Under the pieces are notes generated by a model that was not told the DNA's origin, did no database searches, and saw nothing but the letters and a program-made list of their open reading frames with translations. Positions 56,661 through 64,000 of a stretch of 64,000 bases of DNA are shown here, piece by piece. How positions within the stretch are numbered: the stretch's first letter is position 1; the number at the start of each line of letters is the position of its first letter. A program made the position numbers and the translations under genes. The stretch is from Minisyncoccota bacterium (GTDB lineage Bacteria > Patescibacteriota > Minisyncoccia > Phycocordibacterales > UBA9973). Location of the stretch: positions 6,019 through 70,018 of the forward strand of contig JBAZVG010000001.1 in assembly GCA_041661005.1 (NCBI GenBank), given 5' to 3'.

Positions 56661-57473
56661 ATGGTTAGACGTTGGACAAAAAAAGAAGAAGGCAAGTATC
56701 GATCAGAACTTTTTAAGATTTATGTTAAACAGAATAAAAGTTTGGGTGAGGTTTCAAAAATTTTAGATATATCGGAGCAAGCAGTTTTTCGAAGATTGGG
56801 GCGTTTGGGGATTAAAACACAACCGCATTTAAAAAAGAATTACTTAAAAAAGCGGATTGATGTACGAATTCCAGATAAATACTCTGAAGATCTGGCGGAA
56901 TTTTTTGGTATTATGCTTGGTGATGGGCATATAAGTCATTTTCAAGTTGTGGTTAGCTTGGGTAATAAAGAAGAAAAATATGCAGAATATGTCAAATCGC
57001 TTATCAAGAAAATATTTAAGACGAATGTAAAAATTTCCCTTCGAAGTAAGGGATACCGAGATGTTTATCTTGGTTCAGTGGCTATAACATCATGGCTCCT
57101 TAAGGAAGGGCTTGTTCACAATAAGGTCAAATCACAGGTCGATGTGCCAATGTGGATATTTAGTAAAAATAATTTTATAAAGCGTTTTTTAAGGGGATTT
57201 TTTGACACTGACGGATCGGTATACAAATTAAAATATGGTATTCAAGTGTCCTTTTGCAATCGGTCTTTACCGATACTTCTATCTTTACAAAAGATGCTTA
57301 AAAAGTTAGAATACAATCCGTCACGTTTAAGTTCGTATAATATGTATCTTACTAAAAGGGAAGATGTTAAAAGATTTTTTCAGGAGATCAAACCATCTAA
57401 TCCTAAACATGTAAGTAGATATTTAAACATTTCAAACAACATGCGTCGGTCGGATAGTGGCTATTCCAGGTGA
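56661..57473 (+). CDS. LAGLIDADG-family homing endonuclease (two motifs, single-chain) with N-terminal HTH; free-standing
   Basis: Motif 1 LAEFFGIMLGDGHIS, motif 2 FLRGFFDTDGSVY, N-terminal SLGEVSKILDISEQAVFRRLGRLGI. The last 31 nt of the ORF overlap the tRNA-Tyr 5' end. Confidence 0.75.
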   Translation: MVRRWTKKEEGKYRSELFKIYVKQNKSLGEVSKILDISEQAVFRRLGRLGIKTQPHLKKNYLKKRIDVRIPDKYSEDLAEFFGIMLGDGHISHFQVVVSLGNKEEKYAEYVKSLIKKIFKTNVKISLRSKGYRDVYLGSVAITSWLLKEGLVHNKVKSQVDVPMWIFSKNNFIKRFLRGFFDTDGSVYKLKYGIQVSFCNRSLPILLSLQKMLKKLEYNPSRLSSYNMYLTKREDVKRFFQEIKPSNPKHVSRYLNISNNMRRSDSGYSR

Positions 57474-57524
57474 CTGTAAATCACCCGCCTTCGGGCATCG
57501 TTGGTTCGAGTCCAACCCGGCGCA
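57443..57524 (+). tRNA. tRNA-Tyr (anticodon GTA), type II
   Basis: Acceptor gcgtcgg/ccggcgc (one U-G), D-arm gga/tcc, anticodon stem ggtga/tcacc, loop ctGTAaa, long variable arm cgccttcgggcatc, T-arm gttgg-ttcgagt-ccaac, discriminator A. Confidence 0.8.
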
Positions 57525-57585
57525 CAATAAAAATCCACCTTTTTACTTCATGAAGTTTTCATCTATACTGTAATAGTATAGATAT

Positions 57586-58128
57586 ATGTTAAAATTTGTT
57601 TTATCAATATTCATTATAACGTCTTTTGGATTTTACGTTTTTCAGCAGAACGTGATTGGTTCTGCTAATATTCCATCAGTGCCGGTGGTTGCTACTGGTC
57701 CTAACGGCGCAGACAACAGTACAAAAAAAACTACTAAGCCTACTACGGTCGTTAGAACCACTCCTGTTGTAAATAATCCTCCTTCTAAATCTATGATGAA
57801 TAATGGGGGGATGATGGGAGGCGGAGGAATGATGAATCAAGGCACTTTTAGAAATGGTGAATATGTAGGCTCTGTTGCTGATGCTTATTATGGATATGTG
57901 CAGGTGAAAGCGGTTATCACAAACGGCAAGCTTTCGGATGTTATTTTTCTGGATTATCCTCAAAGCAGATCAACTTCTGTTCGGATTAATTCATACGCCA
58001 TGCCTATTTTGAAACGAGAAGCCATCATCGCTCAAAGCGCGAATGTTGATGCTGTTTCAGGAGCGTCTGCTACCAGCCCGGCTTTTGTGAAATCTTTAAC
58101 ATCTGCTCTCAATCAGGCAAGAATATAA
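57586..58128 (+). CDS. Secreted/membrane-anchored FMN-binding domain protein (FMN_bind)
   Basis: N-terminal anchor, Gly/Met-rich linker. The C-terminal FMN_bind fold ends in NVDAVSGASATS (the flavinylation Ser/Thr site motif). Confidence 0.6.
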   Translation: MLKFVLSIFIITSFGFYVFQQNVIGSANIPSVPVVATGPNGADNSTKKTTKPTTVVRTTPVVNNPPSKSMMNNGGMMGGGGMMNQGTFRNGEYVGSVADAYYGYVQVKAVITNGKLSDVIFLDYPQSRSTSVRINSYAMPILKREAIIAQSANVDAVSGASATSPAFVKSLTSALNQARI

Positions 58129-58205
58129 AATATTACTTGTCCCGTACTAAATTTTAGATTACGGGACATAAAGATAGACATTATTAATAAAATTTTAGTA
58201 CTGGG

Positions 58206-58949
58206 ATGAAAAAACAAAGAACTATAATGGGAATGTTGGCAGTTGTAGAAATAGTTGATTTAAATGCGACTGATAGGATATTTGAAGAAGTTTTTGATTA
58301 TCTGGTTTCTGCGGACGAAAGATTCAGCACATATAAAAAAAATAGTGAAATAACTTTATTTAATGAAGGGAAAAAAATTGATAAAAAAAACTTGAGTACT
58401 GATATGAAAGAAGTTCTTGAGCTTTCGGAAGAGACAAAGAAAACCACGAATGGATTTTTTGACATTACGCGCAATGGAAAAATCGATCCATCTGGTCTTG
58501 TAAAGGGTTGGGCAATTCGTAACGCATCGCTTATCTTGCGAGATAGGGGGTTTGAAAACTTTTATGTAGAAATTGCCGGTGATATCGAGGTTGCGGGATT
58601 AAATAGCGAGGGGAAAAAGTGGGCTATCGGCGTCAGAAATCCATTTAATAAAACAGAGAATGTAAAGGTGGTGTATTTAAGCGAGAGTGGAATTGCCACT
58701 TCTGGCACATATGAAAGGGGAGGCCATATTTACAATCCTAAACAATCGGATGGAATGATCGGGGATGATGTTGTTAGCTTGACGGTGATAGGTCCGAATA
58801 TTTACGAAGCTGACAGATTTGCAACCGCGGCTTTCGCCATGGGTAAAGACGGAATATTGTTTATAGAAAAATTGCCTGGTTTTGAGGGATATATGATTGA
58901 TAAAGATGGTGTTGCAACATTAACAACTGGATTTGAAAAATATACATAG
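58206..58949 (+). CDS. apbE: ApbE-family FAD:protein FMN transferase (short form)
   Basis: GFFDITRNGKIDPSGLVKGWAI, GVRNP, SGIATSGTYERGGHIYNP match the ApbE core. Confidence 0.6.
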   Translation: MKKQRTIMGMLAVVEIVDLNATDRIFEEVFDYLVSADERFSTYKKNSEITLFNEGKKIDKKNLSTDMKEVLELSEETKKTTNGFFDITRNGKIDPSGLVKGWAIRNASLILRDRGFENFYVEIAGDIEVAGLNSEGKKWAIGVRNPFNKTENVKVVYLSESGIATSGTYERGGHIYNPKQSDGMIGDDVVSLTVIGPNIYEADRFATAAFAMGKDGILFIEKLPGFEGYMIDKDGVATLTTGFEKYT

Positions 58950-60480
58950 CATGAAACCTGTCATTAAGTTTATGGATGATTTCTTAAATAGGACAACGAT
59001 GTACAAAGTAGTTTTGTATTACTTGATTGTCCTTTGGATAGTAGCATTTGTATTCAGTTTTTTTAATTTATTGTCTTTTACGCCGATCTCAATGATGATT
59101 TCTTTGGCTATCTTGCTTAGTGCCTCTTACATTACCAATCGCGCTTTTGCCTATGTTTTTAGAGTTCCGGCCAATGCGGAATCTATTTATATTTCTGTTT
59201 TTATTCTTGCATTGATTATTACTCCCGCATTGACACTCGCTGAATATATTTTTCTTGGTTGGGTTGGGATTTTAGCCATGGCATCAAAATATATTTTTGC
59301 CATTAAACATAAACATGTTTTCAATCCGGCAGCATTAGCTGTTGCGGTCACCGCTTTTTTTCTTAACCAAGGCGCAAGTTGGTGGATTGGGACGATTTCA
59401 ATGATGCCGTTTGTATTTTTAGGTGGATTGATTATTGTCCGAAAAATTAAAAGAAAAGATCTCACTTTTAGTTTTTTCATCGTCGCTCTCTTCACTATCG
59501 TGATTTCTAGCTTATCAAGTGGTGGAGACGTTGTCAGCACTCTAAACAGAACGATATTTTATTCTCCAATTTTGTTTTTCACATTCTTTATGATCACCGA
59601 TCCGCTAACTGCACCATCTTCGCGATTTTTGCGTATTTTATATGGAATAGTTGTGGGATTTATGTTTGCTCCAGCAGTACACATAGGAGCATTTTATTTT
59701 ACTCCCGAAATCGCATTGTTGTCTGGAAATATATTTTCTTATCTGGTCAGCTCAAAGAAGAGATTGATGTTGAAACTTAAAAAGATTGTTCAACATACTT
59801 CCGATACCGTTTCGTTTATTTTTACCCCCGATTCTTCGTTTGTTTTCAAGCCGGGGCAATATTTGGAATGGACTTTAGGGCATCATGGAATGGATAGTCG
59901 TGGTAATAGGCGTTATTTTACGATTGCTTCCTCTCCCACAGAAAAAGAATTGCATCTGGGTGTTAAATTTTATCCAAATGGGAGCAGTTTCAAAAAGGCA
60001 TTGTCGGGCATGAATGACGACGACACTATTTTTGCTTCACAACTTTCGGGAGATTTCGTTTTGCCGAGAGACAAGAAAAAGAAACTGGTTTTTATCGCTG
60101 GTGGTATCGGCATTACTCCTTTCAGGAGTATGATCAAGTATTTGATTGATACGCAACAAAAGAGAGATATATTTTTGATTTATTCTAATAAAAAAGAAAC
60201 AGATATAGTCTATAAAAATATTTTTGATCAAGCTTCTTATGATTTTGGTTTGAAAACGATCTACACATTGACTGATATGGAAGATGAGCAAACAAATTGG
60301 AATGGAAGGAGAGGATTTATTGATGGAAAAATGATATTGGAAGAAATAAAAGATTGGCGCGAAAGAACTTTTTATATTTCTGGTCCTCCCTCGATGGTTT
60401 CCGACACCGAAAAAATAATTAAAAATTTGGGTCTCAGTGGCAAGCAAATAAAAACCGACTTTTTTCCGGGGTTTGCCTAA
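58933..60480 (+). CDS. Fusion protein: RnfD/NqrB-like polytopic membrane domain + C-terminal ferredoxin-NADP reductase-like FAD/NAD(P)-binding domain
   Basis: The N-terminal ~300 aa are multi-TM with HVFNPAA and FFMITDP (RnfD/NqrB-type motifs, including the flavinylated-Thr TDP-like site). The C-terminus has RRYFTIASSP (R-x-Y-S/T FAD-binding motif) and FIAGGIGITPF (NAD(P)-binding). Confidence 0.55.
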   Translation: MKNIHSMKPVIKFMDDFLNRTTMYKVVLYYLIVLWIVAFVFSFFNLLSFTPISMMISLAILLSASYITNRAFAYVFRVPANAESIYISVFILALIITPALTLAEYIFLGWVGILAMASKYIFAIKHKHVFNPAALAVAVTAFFLNQGASWWIGTISMMPFVFLGGLIIVRKIKRKDLTFSFFIVALFTIVISSLSSGGDVVSTLNRTIFYSPILFFTFFMITDPLTAPSSRFLRILYGIVVGFMFAPAVHIGAFYFTPEIALLSGNIFSYLVSSKKRLMLKLKKIVQHTSDTVSFIFTPDSSFVFKPGQYLEWTLGHHGMDSRGNRRYFTIASSPTEKELHLGVKFYPNGSSFKKALSGMNDDDTIFASQLSGDFVLPRDKKKKLVFIAGGIGITPFRSMIKYLIDTQQKRDIFLIYSNKKETDIVYKNIFDQASYDFGLKTIYTLTDMEDEQTNWNGRRGFIDGKMILEEIKDWRERTFYISGPPSMVSDTEKIIKNLGLSGKQIKTDFFPGFA

Positions 60481-60528
60481 GAATTCATTCTTCATGAAAT
60501 TTTCATCTTACAGTGATATCATGTAGGC

Positions 60529-61197
60529 ATGAAGATATTAGTTGTTGAGGATAATAAAAAGCTGGCAGAAAACCTAAAGCAGGGGCTTACCCAAGAAGGG
60601 TATGCTGTGGATGTGATTGAAGATGGGCTTGTGGCAGAACGTCGAATCTTAATTAATCGTGATGAATATGATCTTGTTATTCTCGATCGAATGCTTCCTG
60701 GAAAAGACGGGACTTCAGTATGTGCTTCTTGGCGTGAAAATGATGTCATCGTTCCAGTACTGATGCTGACTGCTCTCGATACTACGGATGATAAGGTCAT
60801 AGGTCTAGATGCAGGCGCGGATGATTATCTAACCAAACCTTTTGCTTTCAAAGAACTTTTAGCTCGTATCCATGCGTTGTTGCGACGTCCAAAACAAAGC
60901 ATACCCTCGGTGCTTATTTCTGGAGATATTAGTGTCAACACCACGAGCAGAATCGTAACTCTTAAAAATAAACCAATTTCTCTAACCCTGAAAGAGTTTA
61001 TGGTGTTAGAATATCTAATGCGCAATCAGAAGAAGGTGTTTACTAGAGATGAGCTTTATTCGCATGCTTGGGATTTTGCGGACTCATCTTTTAGTAATAC
61101 TGTCGATGTGCATATAAAAAATCTACGAAAGAAAATAAATGATAATGGAAAAATTATACAAACAATTCGTGGAGTTGGTTATAAGATGGAAGGTTAG
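60529..61197 (+). CDS. OmpR-family response regulator
   Basis: Receiver domain KILVVEDNKKLA...LVILDRMLPGKDG, then winged-helix output LTLKEFMVLEYLMRNQKKVFTRDELY...VDVHIKNLRKK. Confidence 0.85.
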   Translation: MKILVVEDNKKLAENLKQGLTQEGYAVDVIEDGLVAERRILINRDEYDLVILDRMLPGKDGTSVCASWRENDVIVPVLMLTALDTTDDKVIGLDAGADDYLTKPFAFKELLARIHALLRRPKQSIPSVLISGDISVNTTSRIVTLKNKPISLTLKEFMVLEYLMRNQKKVFTRDELYSHAWDFADSSFSNTVDVHIKNLRKKINDNGKIIQTIRGVGYKMEG

Positions 61198-62170
61198 TCG
61201 CAAGATTGATGAATTCTTTATTGCGCGACTTCGTCTTACTTTTTATTATTCCATCACGGCAATAATAATTTTAGGTGGTTCGAGTATTATACTTTATAAA
61301 ACAATTCTTTCGAATCTAACGGATTCTATTTCAGAGGATATATTTTTAGATCCGCGTATTTATCAAGCAGTCATAGATAGAGCGCAGGATATACTGCTCA
61401 ATCGTTTTTTAACGATAGACCTTATCATAATATTTTTTATTATAATATTGGGTTTCTTGCTTACTCACAAAACATTGGAACCGATTCGGTCTAATATGCA
61501 AAAACAAAAGAGGTTTATTGCGGATGCATCGCACGAGCTCCGCACTCCTATTGCCGTAGTTATCTCTGGTCTTGAGGTTAACCTTAATAATAAAAAGTTG
61601 GATTTGACTTTGGCCAAAAAAACACTTGAAAATACTTTGGATGAAATGAGAGAATTTTCAAAACTCAGCAATAGTCTACTTGATTTATCAAAATATGACA
61701 TGAGAGTGCAAATAGGGTATGAACCCATAGCCATGAGTATATTGGTAAAATCTATCGTAGAAAAAAATAAGAGTCTAGCGAAACAAAAAGATATAAATAT
61801 TGAAACAAAAATAGAATCATCGGCAATGGTTTTTGGCAACAAGATGGAGTTAGGCCGAGTATTTTTTAATATTTTAGATAATGCTATTAAATATACTCCG
61901 CCCAACGGAATTATATCTATCTTGGATAAAGTTTCTAACGGTAAATATATTGTAATCATAAGCGACAACGGCAATGGTATTTCGAAAGATACTTTGGATA
62001 AAATTTTTGATCCATTTTTTAGAGGAGATTTGTCTCGAAGTACGGATGGCGCGGGGCTCGGGCTCACTTTGGCAAAAAAAATCATTGAAAATCACAAGGG
62101 GACTATCTCCATCAAGAGTCAAGTAAACAAGGGCACTAGCGTGGCCATATCTTTACCTATCTCTTCATGA
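61139..62170 (+). CDS. Sensor histidine kinase (HisKA + HATPase_c)
   Basis: Two TMs, H-box FIADASHELRTPIA, N/G boxes NILDNAIKYTP, ISDNGNGIS, GLGLTLAKKI. The annotated start overlaps the RR gene by 59 nt; a later GTG/TTG start is possible. Confidence 0.8.
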   Translation: MIMEKLYKQFVELVIRWKVSRKIDEFFIARLRLTFYYSITAIIILGGSSIILYKTILSNLTDSISEDIFLDPRIYQAVIDRAQDILLNRFLTIDLIIIFFIIILGFLLTHKTLEPIRSNMQKQKRFIADASHELRTPIAVVISGLEVNLNNKKLDLTLAKKTLENTLDEMREFSKLSNSLLDLSKYDMRVQIGYEPIAMSILVKSIVEKNKSLAKQKDINIETKIESSAMVFGNKMELGRVFFNILDNAIKYTPPNGIISILDKVSNGKYIVIISDNGNGISKDTLDKIFDPFFRGDLSRSTDGAGLGLTLAKKIIENHKGTISIKSQVNKGTSVAISLPISS

Positions 62171-62272
62171 TAACTTCATTTTATAGATTTATAATATACA
62201 CATACATTATGGTCATTATGTATGGACATTATTAAATTAATAGTTATTATTTTTTAATTTTTAAAATTATAT

Positions 62273-62725
62273 ATGAAATATAAAAAACAAATTGCAACTG
62301 GTGCCTTGGCGTTGTCGCTCCTAGTTGGAGGCTCTTCTGTTTTTGCTTCCACACCGCAAGATTTAGGTATAAAAGATATACAATCTATCTATCAAAAACA
62401 CGACAAGAATAATAAAAAAATAAAGATTAGAAATAAGATAAAAAACAGTGTCGTGGGGGTCGTGGAATCGATAAATGGTGCTGGTTTTACGATAGATATA
62501 AAAAATATGAAGACGCGAACCATGTTTTCAGCTGATGTCAAAACAAATGTTTCGACTCTATACAACAAAAATGGAATTAATGCGAATTTTTCTGATCTAA
62601 CCATAGGGCAAAAGGTAATCGTTGTGGGGGAGTTAGACAAAACAACGAATATAATAAATGCCAAAATAGTAAAAATTGTTGACCAAAATATGGGTTTCCA
62701 TAGGAATAAAAACAAAATTCAATAA
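62273..62725 (+). CDS. Secreted hypothetical protein
   Basis: Signal peptide; 150 aa; no motif. Confidence 0.3.
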   Translation: MKYKKQIATGALALSLLVGGSSVFASTPQDLGIKDIQSIYQKHDKNNKKIKIRNKIKNSVVGVVESINGAGFTIDIKNMKTRTMFSADVKTNVSTLYNKNGINANFSDLTIGQKVIVVGELDKTTNIINAKIVKIVDQNMGFHRNKNKIQ

Positions 62726-62834
62726 AAACTTGTTGTTTTATAGAAAGTATGTTATTATAAAACAGCTTTCAAAAAAGCTCTGATCTTCTTTGGGGCTTTT
62801 TTGTTTAAACAAAAAAATTTAGTAAAATTTATTT

Positions 62835-64000
62835 ATGGAAATTAGGAATATTGCAATAATCGCCCATGTGGACCATGGTAAAACCACATTGACCGATGCT
62901 TTGATGAAGCAAAACGGCGGGCTTTTAGATGAAGGAGTATCGATGGATTCAAACGCTTTAGAGAAAGAGCGTGGTATTACTATTTATTCAAAAAATACTT
63001 CTATCTATTACAAGGATACCAAGATAAACATTGTGGATACTCCCGGCCATGCGGATTTCGGTTCGGAGGTGGAACGTGTTTTACGCGCGGTGGATTGCGT
63101 GCTTTTGCTTGTGGATGCCGTTGAAGGACCAATGCCTCAGACTAGATTCGTCTTAAAAAAATCTTTAGAGCTCGGGCTCAAGCCGATAGTGGTTATAAAT
63201 AAAATAGACAAGCCAGCTGCCGAACCGGACAGGGTGCATAATGAAATTCTGGAATTGTTTTTTGAATTGGGTGCGAGTGAAGAGCAGGCAAATTTTGAAA
63301 CAGTCTATGCGATCGGACGTGAAGGGAAGGCCTTCAAACATTTGAACGACAAATCTAGCGACCTTTCTCCCATTTTGGATGTAATTTTAGAAAAAGTTTT
63401 ACCCGCTTCTAGCGGGGCTACTAATGAAAAAATGTCTGCGCAAGTTTTTAACTTAGGTTATGACAATTTTTTGGGCAGAATGGCAGTGGCGCGAATATAT
63501 TCTGGGAAGATTTTTACTTCTAGCAATATTTTTGTAAAAGGAGAGCATGAGACACGCAAAGGTAAAATAACAAAACTTTTTTCTTTTGAGGGAATAACCA
63601 GAAAAGAAGTGGATTTTGCTACGACCGGCGATATTGTGCTTTTGGCCGGGATTCCAGACATATATATAGGTGAAACAATATGTGAAGATGAGTCTGTAGA
63701 ACAATTACCGCACATTGCCATCGATGAGCCCACTCTCTCTCTAAATTTTTTGGTGAATGATTCTCCGTTTGCGGGTAAGGAGGGAAAATTTGTCACCTCA
63801 AGGCAGATCAAAGAAAGATTGGAAAAAGAGCTTGAGATAAACGTTGGGTTAAAGGTTGATTTTTCTCCAGACCAGGGCGATAAATCAGGGCCGAGTTTTT
63901 TTAAAGTATACGGAAGAGGAGAGCTTCACGTAGCCATATTATTGGAAAATATGCGTCGAGAAGGATTTGAAATGCAGGTCTCTCAGCCGGAAGTTATTAT
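62835..64000 (+). CDS. typA: GTP-binding protein TypA/BipA (N-terminal ~388 aa; continues past window end)
   Basis: [26 protein letters not shown], then [28 protein letters not shown]. The BipA-type spacing is [13 protein letters not shown] rather than LepA MD-ERERGITI. Confidence 0.8.
   Translation, partial: MEIRNIAIIAHVDHGKTTLTDALMKQNGGLLDEGVSMDSNALEKERGITIYSKNTSIYYKDTKINIVDTPGHADFGSEVERVLRAVDCVLLLVDAVEGPMPQTRFVLKKSLELGLKPIVVINKIDKPAAEPDRVHNEILELFFELGASEEQANFETVYAIGREGKAFKHLNDKSSDLSPILDVILEKVLPASSGATNEKMSAQVFNLGYDNFLGRMAVARIYSGKIFTSSNIFVKGEHETRKGKITKLFSFEGITRKEVDFATTGDIVLLAGIPDIYIGETICEDESVEQLPHIAIDEPTLSLNFLVNDSPFAGKEGKFVTSRQIKERLEKELEINVGLKVDFSPDQGDKSGPSFFKVYGRGELHVAILLENMRREGFEMQVSQPEVI

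Noticed and set aside
56490-57524. Group I intron interrupting tRNA-Tyr with the LAGLIDADG ORF as intron ORF
   Set aside because: The tRNA-Tyr cloverleaf is contiguous and complete (all four arms pair), so no intron splits it. The ORF merely overlaps its 5' end.

Overview
This window is AT-rich, gene-dense and Shine-Dalgarno-poor, with short intergenic spacers and many small membrane or secreted hypothetical proteins. That is compatible with a reduced-genome bacterium such as a CPR/Patescibacteria lineage, but this placement is inference, not verified. The core genes I can support are cmk, prfB, ftsE/ftsX, pyrG, otsB/otsA, smpB with tmRNA, ftsH, a complete 16S rRNA not followed by a 23S, a ddl-like gene, secA-csaA, murE-murD-murI-murC, rpsA-like, gyrA, rbfA-infB, a NifS/IscS-like cysteine desulfurase, clpB, a two-component system, bipA, and nine tRNAs. 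Mixed in are accessory features: a serine-recombinase/XRE-bounded left block carrying a nucleotide-centred operon (2'-deoxyribosyltransferase-like, B12-radical-SAM, CYTH, HD), a decayed APH-family pseudogene and an NTase; five tandem paralogous pilin-like genes; free-standing HNH and LAGLIDADG endonucleases at tRNA loci; and a flavinylation module (FMN-binding, ApbE, RnfD-like::FNR fusion). The most unusual non-genic signals are several families of small palindromic repeats. One repeat is inserted in-frame inside the cysteine desulfurase gene, and 120-bp tandem repeats each carry a tRNA-Leu 3' end fragment. The 16S 3' end also lacks a canonical CCUCC anti-SD.
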